64,000 nucleotides of DNA from Actinomycetes bacterium (GCA_027118455.1 JAJAYZ010000015.1:3596-67595); one strand, 5' to 3'; shown: positions 47,416 through 57,837, numbered from the stretch's first letter. Notes: generated by a model from the sequence alone, not told the origin. Translations and numbers: made by a program.

Positions 47416-50400
47416 GTGACCGGCTCTTCTTCTTTTCCGCACCTGCACGTCGCCTCCGGCTGGTCGCTGCGCCACGGCGCATCCAGCCCAGAGACGCTCG
47501 TCTCTGTTGCGGCTGATCGCGGCCTCTCGGTGCTCGGGCTGACCGACCGCGACGGGGTGCGTGGCGCTGTACGGTTCGCCCGCGCCACCCTCGCCGCTGG
47601 GATCGCTCCGGTCTTCGGCACCGATCTTGCCCTCGCGCCACCCCAGACTCCTGGTCGCGCTCCCGAGCGGGCCCGGCGTACCCCGGTTCGAGGAGGCCGT
47701 ACTCGCGATCCCCGACTGCCCAGGATCACGGTGCTGGCGCGCGGCCCCCATGGCTGGGCGGCGCTCTGCCGCCTGGTCTCTGCCGCCCATGCCCAGGCTG
47801 AGGCAGCCGGACGCCGGGGGCACCCGACGGTCGACGCCGACCTGGTCGCTCACTACGCGGCCGAAGGTGCCCTGGTGGTGCTGCTCGGCCCCGACTCCGA
47901 CGTCGGCCAGATGTTGGCGAGGCGCCGCCCCGACCTCGCGACGCGCGCGTGGCAGGGGTGGCGAGAGCGCGTCCCGGCGCTGTGGTGCGAAGTGGTCAAC
48001 CATCGAGGCGCTGGCCCGCTCGGTCGCTCGGCGCCGTTCGCCGGGCGGATGCTCGGCTGGGCGCACGAGCAGCAAGCAGACGTCGTACTCACCAACGCGG
48101 TGCGCTACGCCCGTCGCGAGGACGCCCCGGTCGCCGACGTGCTTGACGCCGCACGCCAGTTGGTTCCCCTTGACCTGCGCCACATCGATCGCCGCACCGG
48201 CGAGGGCTACCTGAAGTCATCAGCGCAGATGGCCGAGATCGCCGCTGAGGTCGCTCGCCTCTCTGGCGTCGGCACCGAGCGCTCCACCAGCCGCGCGTTG
48301 CTCGCCGCCACTGAACGACTCGCGCAGCAGTGCGTCCTGTCCCCGGTAGCCGATCTCGGTCTCGGCTCAGTGCACTTTCCCGAGCTCGAGGTGGTCGACC
48401 CGGCAGCCGCCGCTGCGGGACGTGCACCGGACGCCGTGCTGCGTGAGCGGTGCGCGGCCCGTTGGTCGGCCCGCGAGCTGCCGACCGGCGGGCCAGCCGG
48501 ACGCGAGGCGCGCGAGCGTCTTGAGCACGAGCTCGGCATCATCGCCAGCCTTGGCTACGCCACCTACTTCCTCACCGTCGCCGACGTCGTCGACCTGATC
48601 CGCTCGATGCAGATAAGGGTTGCGGCACGTGGCTCGGGTGCTGGGTCGCTGGTTACCTACCTGCTCGGCATCTCAGGGGTCGATCCGGTTCGGCACGACC
48701 TTCTCTTTGAACGCTTCCTCTCCCCGCTTCGTCAGGCGCTACCCGACATCGACATCGACGTCGAGTCAGCGCGGCGCCTCGAGATCTACACCCGAATCTT
48801 CGAGCGCTTCGGCACTGCTCGCGTCGCCTGTGTCTCCATGGCCGACACCTACCGCGTCCGACACGCAATTCGTGATGTTGGTGCGGCGCTCGGTCTGCCG
48901 CCCTCTGAGATCGACACGGTGGCCAAGGCGTTCCCGCACATCCGCGCCAAGGACGCACAGAACGCCTTGCGTGAGCTGCCAGAGCTGCGGGCCAGCCGGA
49001 TCGCCGACGACCCGCGGATGACGTTGCTCTTCTCGCTCGTCGAGCGTCTCGACGGCCTGCCGCGTCACCTTGCACTCCACCCGTGTGGCGTTCTGCTCTC
49101 CGACGCCACACTGCTCGACCGCACACCGGTCGAGCAGAGTGCCATGGGTTTTGCCATGAGCCAGTTCGACAAGGACGACGTCGAGCACCTCGGCCTGCTC
49201 AAGCTCGATGTGCTCGGCATCCGCATGCAGTCGGCGATGGCGTACGCCCTTGACGAGATCGAGCGAGTCGACGGCCCGCAGCAGCGCCCTGACCTCGACA
49301 CCGTGCCGTTCGATGATCTGGCGACCTTCGACCTCATCCGCTCCACGCACACCCTTGGGTGCTTTCAGATCGAGTCACCCGGGCAGCGTGAGCTGGTCGG
49401 CAAGTTCGCCCCCGAGACCTTCGACGACCTCATCATCGACATCTCGCTCTTCCGTCCTGGCCCGGTGAAGTCCGACATGGTCCGGCCTTTCCTGCATGCA
49501 CGACATGGCTGGGCTGAGCCGCAGTACTTGCATCCTGACCTCGAGCCGGTGCTGCGCCCCACCTACGGCGTCGTCGTCTTCCACGAACAGGTCATCGACA
49601 TGCTGCACGTCATCACCGGGTGCTCCCGCGCCGAAGGTGACGAGAAGCGGAGGGCTCTCGGTGATCCCGATGGCCAGGCCGAGACGCGCGAGTGGTTCTA
49701 CCGGTGTGCCCGAATGAGGGGGTACGACCTGCCAACGATCGAACGCATCTGGGACGTCCTGCGCGCGTTCGCCTCTTTCGGGTTCTGCAAGGCACACGCT
49801 GCAGCCTTCGCGCTACCGACCTACCAGTCGGCGTGGCTCAAGACACATCACACCGCTGGTTTCCTCGCAGGCGTCCTCACCCACGATCCCGGTATGTACC
49901 CGAAGCGGCTGATCCTCAACGACGCGCGACAGTTCGGCGTCACCGTTCTGGCACTCGATGTCAACGCCTCCCAGCACGGTTACCGGGTTGAACGGGTCGA
50001 GGTGCCCGACTCCGCAGATGCCCCAGCACCGCCGCCTCGCACGCTTCCCGTTGCCGACTCCGCGATGAGCAGGGCACGTGGCGTGCTCGACCATCCGGCT
50101 CTTCCAGACGCCACTGGGTACGGCATTCGCATCGCACTCGCCGAGGTCAAGGGCATCAGTGACGCCGAGGTCGACCAGATCGTGGCCGGACAACCGTTTC
50201 GCTCGCTCACCGACTTCTGGCACCGGGCCGGAGTCTCGCGTCCGGTCGTCGAACGGCTGGTGCTCGCCGGAGCATTTGACGCGCTGCACGGCATCGACCT
50301 CACCCTTCCAACCGCGTCGGCGCGGCGCCGGATCACTCGCCGAGACCTGCTGCTGCAAGTGGCTGAGCTCGACCGCTGGACGGCGATGCCCACGTCACGT

Positions 50401-51198
50401 CGAGGCAAGTCTGGTGCTCGGCCTTCAGGAGCGGCCGGGCTCGACACCCAGCTCTCCTTCCCGCTCGGCCCCAGCGACGAGCAGGTGGCCCCCTCCGGTC
50501 TGCCGGAGATGACCGGTGCCGAGCAGGTCAGGGCCGAGCTCGACGTCCTCGGTCTCGATGCCAGCCGACATGTCGTCGACTTCTACACCCCGTTGCTGCG
50601 TGCACTCGATGTCGTACGCTCCCGCGATCTGCTCACCTGTCGTTCCCGCAGTGAGATCTTGGTCGCCGGTGTCAAGGTGGCTACTCAGACACCACCGATC
50701 CGTTCCGGCCGGCGGGTCGTCTTCGTCACCCTCGATGACGCCACCGGCCCGGTCGATGCGACCTTCTTCGAAGATGCCCAAGGTCCCTACGCCACGACGC
50801 TCTTCCACTCGTGGCTCCTGCTCATCAGAGGTGAGGTGCGCCGGACCGGTCCCAGGGGTGTCTCGCTGCGTGCCGCGGGGTGCTGGGAGCTTTCTGGCCT
50901 GTACGACCTGTGGCAGCGCCGTGGCACGGCCGCCGTCTACGAGGTACTCGACACTCCTCCTCTGCTCAGCCCCTTGGGCACTGGCGCAGAGGACGTGCAG
51001 GCTCCAGCTGGTCCAGCCCGTGAGGAGTCAGACTCAGGGGGCACTGCAGGGGGAATGGGGCGGCGGCGCGTCCTGGTCCACCCCAGTGGCTTCCGCCAGT
51101 CGCCGTACGCCGACGTGCGTCCAGCAGGTGATGACGTGAACCGGGGGGTGCCGCCGCGCAAACTCTGGCACTCCAGCCCTGGGAGCTCAGGTGGCTGA
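47416..51198 (+). CDS. dnaE2: DNA polymerase III alpha subunit, error-prone DnaE2 type
   Basis: Degenerate PHP (TDRDG), RGSGAGS, PDIDID, FQIESPGQ, FGFCKAHA, OB fold; SOS box upstream. Confidence 0.9.
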   Translation: MTGSSSFPHLHVASGWSLRHGASSPETLVSVAADRGLSVLGLTDRDGVRGAVRFARATLAAGIAPVFGTDLALAPPQTPGRAPERARRTPVRGGRTRDPRLPRITVLARGPHGWAALCRLVSAAHAQAEAAGRRGHPTVDADLVAHYAAEGALVVLLGPDSDVGQMLARRRPDLATRAWQGWRERVPALWCEVVNHRGAGPLGRSAPFAGRMLGWAHEQQADVVLTNAVRYARREDAPVADVLDAARQLVPLDLRHIDRRTGEGYLKSSAQMAEIAAEVARLSGVGTERSTSRALLAATERLAQQCVLSPVADLGLGSVHFPELEVVDPAAAAAGRAPDAVLRERCAARWSARELPTGGPAGREARERLEHELGIIASLGYATYFLTVADVVDLIRSMQIRVAARGSGAGSLVTYLLGISGVDPVRHDLLFERFLSPLRQALPDIDIDVESARRLEIYTRIFERFGTARVACVSMADTYRVRHAIRDVGAALGLPPSEIDTVAKAFPHIRAKDAQNALRELPELRASRIADDPRMTLLFSLVERLDGLPRHLALHPCGVLLSDATLLDRTPVEQSAMGFAMSQFDKDDVEHLGLLKLDVLGIRMQSAMAYALDEIERVDGPQQRPDLDTVPFDDLATFDLIRSTHTLGCFQIESPGQRELVGKFAPETFDDLIIDISLFRPGPVKSDMVRPFLHARHGWAEPQYLHPDLEPVLRPTYGVVVFHEQVIDMLHVITGCSRAEGDEKRRALGDPDGQAETREWFYRCARMRGYDLPTIERIWDVLRAFASFGFCKAHAAAFALPTYQSAWLKTHHTAGFLAGVLTHDPGMYPKRLILNDARQFGVTVLALDVNASQHGYRVERVEVPDSADAPAPPPRTLPVADSAMSRARGVLDHPALPDATGYGIRIALAEVKGISDAEVDQIVAGQPFRSLTDFWHRAGVSRPVVERLVLAGAFDALHGIDLTLPTASARRRITRRDLLLQVAELDRWTAMPTSRRGKSGARPSGAAGLDTQLSFPLGPSDEQVAPSGLPEMTGAEQVRAELDVLGLDASRHVVDFYTPLLRALDVVRSRDLLTCRSRSEILVAGVKVATQTPPIRSGRRVVFVTLDDATGPVDATFFEDAQGPYATTLFHSWLLLIRGEVRRTGPRGVSLRAAGCWELSGLYDLWQRRGTAAVYEVLDTPPLLSPLGTGAEDVQAPAGPAREESDSGGTAGGMGRRRVLVHPSGFRQSPYADVRPAGDDVNRGVPPRKLWHSSPGSSGG

Positions 51199-51228
51199 GA
51201 GGATGCCCTGGTGAACCCTGAGCGGTAT

Positions 51229-51284
51229 TCGGTATTACGGTATTGGGCTGAGGCGATCGCCCCAGCCCAATACCGTAATACCGA
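51229..51284. repeat. 56-bp near-perfect palindrome between dnaE2 and dinB
   Basis: tcggtattacggtattgggctg-a-ggcga|tcgcc-c-cagcccaataccgtaataccga; 27/28 pairs, no loop. Confidence 0.85.
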
Positions 51285-51299
51285 GTGGGACGGGTCGCG

Positions 51300-52547
51300 A
51301 TGAGCAGGCAGCAGCTCGGTCGCGGCCAGGCCGGACGTGTCGAGCCCCCGGGTCGGTCAACTGTTGCCGACGACACCGGCTGCGAGGTCCTCCATGTCGA
51401 CATGGACGCGTTCTACGCCTCGGTCGAGCTCCTCCGCCATCCCGAGCTCGTCGGTACCCCTGTTGTCGTCGCCGGTGGAGGCACCAGGGGCGTCGTCCTG
51501 TCGGCCACTTACGAAGCCAGGGCGCTCGGCGTCCACTCAGCGATGCCAACGTCACGTGCCAGCCGGCTCTGTCCGAGCGCTACCTTCCTCGCCCCCCACC
51601 ATGAGGACTACGCCCGCATCTCATCGGGTGTCATGGCGATCTTCGGATCGATCACACCTGCAGTCGAGCCGCTCAGTCTCGATGAGGCCTTCCTTGACGT
51701 CCGTGGTGCCACCCGTAGGCTCGGTTCACCAGCGGAGATCGGTGAGCTGATCCGCACCAAGGTCCAGGACGAGCAAGGAATCACCTGCTCGGTCGGAGTG
51801 GCCTCCACCAAGTTCGTCGCCAAACTCGCTTCGGGGCTGTGCAAACCCGATGGTCTTCTCGTCGTCCCCGCCGACCACATCATCGACTTCCTCCACCCGC
51901 TCCAGATCGGGGCGCTGTGGGGAGTGGGCGACAAGACCGAAGAGGCCCTGCACCGCCTCGGCCTGCGCACGGTCGCAGATCTTGCGAACACCCCTGTCCG
52001 AACCCTCGAACGCGCCATCGGCCCTGCCGCCGGCCGCCATCTGTGGGAGCTGGCGTGGGGACGTGATGAGCGCATCGTCGTCGCCGATACGCAGGAGAAG
52101 AGCCTGAGCAGAGACCGCACGTTCGAGACCGACGTCGACGATGTGGAGGTGGTCTACCGCGAGTTACTCGCGCTGTCGCAGACGGTGGCTCAGCAACTGC
52201 GCAGCCGCGAACTGGCCGGCCGGACCATTGCGCTCAGGGTGCGGTTCGCTGACTTCACGACGATCACTCGCTCGCGCACTCTGGCCCATCCGACCGATGT
52301 CGCCCGCGACATCTACGCAACAGCCGTTGCTCTCTTTGATGCCTTGGGCCTCGATCGCGCCCGGCTGCGCCTGGTTGGCGTCCGGGTCGAGGGGCTGGTC
52401 GACGGGTCGGCCGTGGCTCACCAGCTCACCTTCGATGAGCGGCCGGAGGCCTGGCGCGAGGCCGAGCGGGCCGCCGACCGGGCCGCCGACCGGTTTGGCC
52501 GCGGGGTGGTCCGACCGGCGAGCCTGGTCGACTCGCCTGATCCGTAA
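51300..52547 (+). CDS. dinB: DNA polymerase IV
   Basis: LHVDMDAFYASVE, SLDEAFLD, AKLAS..CKPDG, clamp motif QLTF. Confidence 0.93.
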   Translation: MSRQQLGRGQAGRVEPPGRSTVADDTGCEVLHVDMDAFYASVELLRHPELVGTPVVVAGGGTRGVVLSATYEARALGVHSAMPTSRASRLCPSATFLAPHHEDYARISSGVMAIFGSITPAVEPLSLDEAFLDVRGATRRLGSPAEIGELIRTKVQDEQGITCSVGVASTKFVAKLASGLCKPDGLLVVPADHIIDFLHPLQIGALWGVGDKTEEALHRLGLRTVADLANTPVRTLERAIGPAAGRHLWELAWGRDERIVVADTQEKSLSRDRTFETDVDDVEVVYRELLALSQTVAQQLRSRELAGRTIALRVRFADFTTITRSRTLAHPTDVARDIYATAVALFDALGLDRARLRLVGVRVEGLVDGSAVAHQLTFDERPEAWREAERAADRAADRFGRGVVRPASLVDSPDP

Positions 52548-52737
52548 GAGTGCGGGTCGCACTCCAGACGCCCCGGGGCTATGCCGATGAAGAATCGGTG
52601 ACGGTTTGCAAGCGATTTGCCGGTGGAGTTTCGCCCTCGTCCCAGGGGACCTATCCTAGTTGTGAGGGATGACTGGATTCCCTCGTCCCCGGGAGGCCCC
52701 GGGGCCCCACCTGCAGTAGCCCAGCAAGGAGGAGGCC

Positions 52738-53115
52738 ATGCCGCTCTCAGAGCACGAGCAGCGCCTGCTCGAGCAGATGGAGCGTCAGCTCTATGCCGAC
52801 GACCCCAAGTTGGCATCGACGCTGCGTGGAAGTGGCCGATCACTTCGGTCGCGTCATCGGCTGCTCCTCGGTGTGCTCGGTGTCGCCAGCGGCCTCGCGC
52901 TCTTGGTGGCCGGAGTTGCCTCGCAGTTCTGGCCGCTGGGCGTCGCTGGCTTCCTGGTGATGTTGGCCGGTGGCTGGTGGTCAAGTACTGGCTGGCAAGG
53001 TAGGCCATCGGCCTCGGCACCCGCGCCGCAGCAGACGCCTAAGGGTAGCCAGCGCTCAGGTTTCATGAGTCGCATCGAAGAGCGCTGGGATCGCCGCCGC
53101 GACGGCGATCAGTAG
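52738..53115 (+). CDS. DUF3040 membrane protein
   Basis: MPLSEHEQRLLEQME..L..DDPK, FM.RIEERW.RR; strong RBS. Confidence 0.9.
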   Translation: MPLSEHEQRLLEQMERQLYADDPKLASTLRGSGRSLRSRHRLLLGVLGVASGLALLVAGVASQFWPLGVAGFLVMLAGGWWSSTGWQGRPSASAPAPQQTPKGSQRSGFMSRIEERWDRRRDGDQ

Positions 53116-53130
53116 CAGCCCCATCGTTTC

Positions 53131-55560
53131 CTAGCCCGTCGGCACTTCCTGCCGTGGCTTGCGTGTCGTCCACCGCTGCCATTGGTCGGAGGTTCGGTCG
53201 GCCACGATGTTCCAGCCGTTCGCAAGCGCGATTCGGCCAGAGGTCGGCCACCACGTGGCGTTGCGTCGGTCGCGCGGCGAGATCGCCGCGTAGAAGTCAT
53301 GGCGGATGTCCTCAGCTTGCTGCTTGATTTCTGAGACGGTCAGCGCTGTATCGACGGCACCGCGGTAGCGCACCAACTCGACCCAGCTCGCCAGTTGACG
53401 CAACTGCCTTTGCCGAGTGGCATGGAGTCCGGCGCGGGCCGGCAAGCGTTCGGCGAGGTCGCGCGGTGTCTCGGTTGGCCTTGGATGAAGGTCGACATCG
53501 GTCGCGGCATCGAGCACGTCAGCCCAAGCTGCGCCGATCGCGAGAGCCTGCGAGTCGGCAGCCGCCCATCGTGCTCGCCGGACTGTCACCGATGCGACCT
53601 TGGGCGCGGACGCTGCCGCCCCAGCTGCTGCAACGAGCACCAACCACAGGAGGAGAGTCGAACCGTTCCCCCTCTGGTCGTCACTGGCTGCAGCGCCCGG
53701 CCCGGTTCCTCGGCCGCTCCGGTTGGCCCGAAGCACCTCCTGGAGCTCAGGTGGGCGCCCGCCGCGCGGGCTGACCGGGCCGCCGCCACGGCGCAGGACG
53801 ACCTTGGGCTGCTCCTCGTTGCGCGGTTTGCCGGGGTTGGTGGTGCCCTGCGGCGCCGGGGCATATCCCGGGACCGCGCTGCCGTCGCCACCCCCTGGGG
53901 TTGGCTCGAACCGGACCCATCCGACGCCTTCGAACCATAGCTCGGGCCAGGCATGGGCGTCGTGCACGGTGACGACCCAGGTGCCGTCCGCTTGCTCGCC
54001 AGGCGTGAATCCAACCTGAACCCGGGATGGAATGCCGAGTGTGCGAGCCATCAGCGCCATCGTCGCAGCGAACTGCTCGCAGTAGCCGCTGCGATCCCGC
54101 AGGAAGTCGTCCAGTGCTCCGGTGGCGTTTCCCTCCACCGTGTCGAGGCTGTACGTGAAGTCGGTGCGGAACCAGTTCTGAAGGGCCAGTGCTCGGTCGT
54201 ACTCCGTTGTCGCATCTGCGGTGACCGTCTGGGCCAGCGGGGTGAGCCGCCCACCGACGGTGTTGGGGATGTCGAGCCACTGGTAGAGGGAGTTGTTGAC
54301 CGACGGGTCGATCTCGGGCGCGGCTCGCAACTGTGCGGCAGTCGGGGTGATCTCCAAGGCCGTCGCGGTGTACTTCTGACCAAAAGCCATAGCGTCTTCG
54401 GCGTTGAAGACATCGAAGGTCTGCTCGTCCCAACGCCAGTCCCCAGCAATGTCGACCTTGGAGACCGGGTAGGGGAGGGGCAGGCGGGGAGTGTCGAGAG
54501 CGCCGACCGTGATGTCGTAGCTGACGGTCGAGCGCGCGATCGCTTCGGAGAGCCCAGGAGGGTCGGGCAAACCACTCGATGCCTGCTGGTCGCTGCCGGC
54601 CGCCATCTCTTCGAGGGTCCACGAGGTGCCGTCGAACTGGTCAAGGGTGGCGATCCGGAGGTACTGAGGGGTCTGCGCATCGGTCGTGTAGAAGAGGACC
54701 GGGCTGTCGTCCTGCTGGGTGAGGTTGCGCTGCAGGTCGGTGATCGGATTGATGGTAACCACGGTGGTCGCGCTCGCCGACGAACTGCCGTCACCTCCGC
54801 TTCCATCTTGGTTGTCACCAGATCCGCCCCCGAACCTGCCGTCATCGAGGCTGGGAAGGATCACCGGAACGATGATGGCGATGGCCAGGGCTGCGGCCCC
54901 CAGCCTTCGTCCGGTGCCGCCGACCGCATGAACCTTGCTGTCGGTGCCGCCGCTGATGGACTTGCCCCAGCGAGTGAGCTCGACGCGTCCGTCCTCGAGT
55001 AACAGCATCAACCAGCCGACACCTGCCGCCAGGAAGAACTGCCAGGGGACACCGTTCGGCAGCACAGTCGCTGGGACCAGATAGAGCGCGAGGAGCGGGA
55101 TGCCGGCAAGGGCAGCCCGTCGACCGCTGACCGCTATGGCGTCAACAATCCAAGCGATCAGTCCCACACCACCGACCACGAGGAACTGAATCCCGGCCGT
55201 TGCGGTGACGGGGGCGATCTCCTCGACGATCACGACGTTGCCATCGCGGGCAAGGTCAGTGAAGGCGGTTATGACATCGCCGTCTGGGAGAATGCCGAAG
55301 CGCGCGGCGTCGCCGGCGAAGAGCAGCGTGAGAAGCAGCAGCAGACCAACGCCTTGGGCGGCGATGACCCCCCATGCTGGCACCGAGAGCGCCCGACCAA
55401 CCGCTCCGATCACCGCCACCGTTGCGATCGCCAACAGTGACTTTCCGAACCATGGACCGCCGGTCAACGTCGGCGAGAGCGCAAGCGTGGTCAGAACAAC
55501 AGCACCGGCTGCGGCCAGCGTCGGACGCAGCTGTTGTATGAACGAGCGTCGCCTGGTCAT
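53131..55560 (-). CDS. Membrane transglutaminase-like protein (TgpA/DUF3488)
   Basis: GYCEQFA, AHAWPE, FEPTP; multiple N-terminal TM helices. Confidence 0.9.
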   Translation of the reverse strand: MTRRRSFIQQLRPTLAAAGAVVLTTLALSPTLTGGPWFGKSLLAIATVAVIGAVGRALSVPAWGVIAAQGVGLLLLLTLLFAGDAARFGILPDGDVITAFTDLARDGNVVIVEEIAPVTATAGIQFLVVGGVGLIAWIVDAIAVSGRRAALAGIPLLALYLVPATVLPNGVPWQFFLAAGVGWLMLLLEDGRVELTRWGKSISGGTDSKVHAVGGTGRRLGAAALAIAIIVPVILPSLDDGRFGGGSGDNQDGSGGDGSSSASATTVVTINPITDLQRNLTQQDDSPVLFYTTDAQTPQYLRIATLDQFDGTSWTLEEMAAGSDQQASSGLPDPPGLSEAIARSTVSYDITVGALDTPRLPLPYPVSKVDIAGDWRWDEQTFDVFNAEDAMAFGQKYTATALEITPTAAQLRAAPEIDPSVNNSLYQWLDIPNTVGGRLTPLAQTVTADATTEYDRALALQNWFRTDFTYSLDTVEGNATGALDDFLRDRSGYCEQFAATMALMARTLGIPSRVQVGFTPGEQADGTWVVTVHDAHAWPELWFEGVGWVRFEPTPGGGDGSAVPGYAPAPQGTTNPGKPRNEEQPKVVLRRGGGPVSPRGGRPPELQEVLRANRSGRGTGPGAAASDDQRGNGSTLLLWLVLVAAAGAAASAPKVASVTVRRARWAAADSQALAIGAAWADVLDAATDVDLHPRPTETPRDLAERLPARAGLHATRQRQLRQLASWVELVRYRGAVDTALTVSEIKQQAEDIRHDFYAAISPRDRRNATWWPTSGRIALANGWNIVADRTSDQWQRWTTRKPRQEVPTG

Positions 55561-56840
55561 GCCGGCACATCAGAAGTAACAGTTGCTGACCCAGAGAACC
55601 CTCCGGAGAAGCCCAGCTGCGACCAGACGTCGGAGAGAAGCTCACCGCGGCACAGCGGGACGACGGCCCAGCCACCTGCCCGCAACAGCGCCCAGGCATC
55701 GGAGGTGTCTGAGGACGCCGAGCGCTCGCTCCACGAGGCTGTATCGAGGGCAACCGCGACGGTGGTACCCATGCCATGCCGGGCTCGGGCGAGCTGGTCG
55801 GCTTCGTGGACGGTGAGTGCGCCTAGGACCATCACGACGAGCCCGTCACTTCCATGACGAACCGAGGAGGTGAGTGAGTGGATGCTTGCAGAACGCGATG
55901 GCTCGGCAACGGCAAGGGCGTCCAGCAGCATCCCGGTCGGGTCGCTGCTGGCCGCGTCGTCGACCGCGCTCTTGGTGGTGAGCTCGTGCCCGTCAGCGAT
56001 CAGCCGGATTGCGTAGCCACGGTGCGAGAGGTGCAGGCCGATCGAGGCAGCCGCGCCGACCGCGCGTTCAAATGACCCCGAAAGTGACTCTCCGACGTGG
56101 GCATTCTGTCGGTCATCGAGAATCACCGTTGCGCGGCTCTCCCATGGTTGCTCCTCGCGGCGGACCATGAGTGACCCCGATCGGGCCGTCGCGCGCCAAT
56201 GCACTCGGCGCAGCTCATCGCCGTGTCTGTACTCCCGGACCGCGACGTCATCCTCCCCGGCTGCGGCGATCGAGCGTGCTCTGCTCTCACCTGTTCCTGA
56301 CCAGTCGCCGGAGAGCGGCACGGAGGGTAGGGGTTCGACTCGCGGGGTCACCAGGAGGTGATGTTGCCCGCTGAACGACCGGTCGAGCTGGCAGAAGCCG
56401 AAGGGGTCGGTGAGCCGCACCGACAGCGGACCGATGGGGTAGCGCCCCCGTCGGTCGGCGTGCACGGTGTAGGTGACTGACCGCACGCTGAGCGGTGCCA
56501 GCCGGTCGACGACGAACCTCGGTCGTGGGCCGAGCGAAGGGGGAACGGTGTCCTCCACCATGAGCAAGCCAGTGGGCAGATGCGCCACGTTCTCCAGACG
56601 CACGATGACCGCTGCAGACTCTCCCGCGGGGGTTCGCGCAGGTTCGACGACTCGGTCGGAGGCCAGCCGGAAGCGGGTGCGGGCCACGCTGGCTGCTGCC
56701 AGCAGCGGGAGTGCGCCCGCCAGCAGGCCCACCCGCATGATGTCTTGCTGGTCGAGCATCGCTGCGAGTGCGAAGGCGGTCAGCCCAGCCGCCAACAAGG
56801 CCCGGCCTCGGGGCGTGAGTCCTGCCAGAGCAGCTCGCAC
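55557..56840 (-). CDS. DUF58 domain protein
   Basis: DPFG, VREYRHGDELRRVHWRATAR. Confidence 0.9.
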   Translation of the reverse strand: MRAALAGLTPRGRALLAAGLTAFALAAMLDQQDIMRVGLLAGALPLLAAASVARTRFRLASDRVVEPARTPAGESAAVIVRLENVAHLPTGLLMVEDTVPPSLGPRPRFVVDRLAPLSVRSVTYTVHADRRGRYPIGPLSVRLTDPFGFCQLDRSFSGQHHLLVTPRVEPLPSVPLSGDWSGTGESRARSIAAAGEDDVAVREYRHGDELRRVHWRATARSGSLMVRREEQPWESRATVILDDRQNAHVGESLSGSFERAVGAAASIGLHLSHRGYAIRLIADGHELTTKSAVDDAASSDPTGMLLDALAVAEPSRSASIHSLTSSVRHGSDGLVVMVLGALTVHEADQLARARHGMGTTVAVALDTASWSERSASSDTSDAWALLRAGGWAVVPLCRGELLSDVWSQLGFSGGFSGSATVTSDVPA

Positions 56841-56841
56841 G

Positions 56842-57837
56842 TCAACCTGCCGGGATCGCCGTGCTGTCGACCAGCGACTCCACCACCGAGACGCTGGTCC
56901 GCCGCGCGATCTGCGCCTCGGCAGTCAACAGCAGCCGGTGCGCCAGAACGGGGACAGCGAGTGAGCGCACATCATCGGGAATGATGTAGTCGCGGTCGTC
57001 CAGAGCTGCCGAAGCCTTCGCGGCTCGGATCAGCTGGAGAGTGGCCCGCGGTGACGCTCCCAGTCGGAGGTCAGGGTGGTGTCGCGAGGCGACGACGAGG
57101 TCGACGGCGTACCGGTGCACCTCGGTGCTGACGTGCAGGCGGCGCACCTGCTCGATCAGCGCAGCGACGTCTGATCCCGTGGCAACGGGCGTGACCGCGT
57201 CGAGGGGCCGTCCTGATGCGTGAGCGGTGAGCATGTCCATCTCGGCCGCCCGTTCGGGGTAGCCCATGGAGAGCCGGGCCATGAAGCGGTCACGCTGAGC
57301 CTCTGGCAGCGGGTACGTGCCTTCCATCTCAATGGGGTTCTGGGTGGCCACCACCATGAAGGGAGTCGCGAGCGGGTAGGTCGTGCCATCGACGGTGACC
57401 TGCTGCTCCTCCATCGCCTCGAGCAGCGCCGACTGTGTCTTGGGCGACGCGCGGTTGATCTCGTCGCCAATCACCACATTGGCGAACACAGCTCCTGGTC
57501 GGAACTCGAAATCGCGGGTCTCCTGGTTGAAGACGCTGACCCCGGTGATGTCACTGGGGAGTAGGTCGGGCGTGAACTGGATGCGACGCACCGTGCAGTC
57601 GAGGGCCCGGGCCAGCGACTTGGCCAGCATGGTCTTGCCGACGCCTGGTACGTCCTCGATGAGCAGGTGTCCTTCGGCCAACAACGTGACCAAGGCAAGG
57701 CGAATGGCGTCCGGCTTGCCCTCGATGACACCTGCAACGGCCGCACCGATCAGGGCGCCACGTGCTGAGACCCCCGAGACCGAGGCCAGAGCGTCACCAT
57801 CGGTCGGTGATGGAGCGGAGCCGTCGACCGCCGTCAC
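56842..57837 (-). CDS. moxR: MoxR family AAA+ ATPase
   Basis: DVPGVGKT, RIQFTPDLLPSD, DEINRA, ATQNP, LPEAQRDRF. Confidence 0.93.
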   Translation of the reverse strand: MTAVDGSAPSPTDGDALASVSGVSARGALIGAAVAGVIEGKPDAIRLALVTLLAEGHLLIEDVPGVGKTMLAKSLARALDCTVRRIQFTPDLLPSDITGVSVFNQETRDFEFRPGAVFANVVIGDEINRASPKTQSALLEAMEEQQVTVDGTTYPLATPFMVVATQNPIEMEGTYPLPEAQRDRFMARLSMGYPERAAEMDMLTAHASGRPLDAVTPVATGSDVAALIEQVRRLHVSTEVHRYAVDLVVASRHHPDLRLGASPRATLQLIRAAKASAALDDRDYIIPDDVRSLAVPVLAHRLLLTAEAQIARRTSVSVVESLVDSTAIPAG

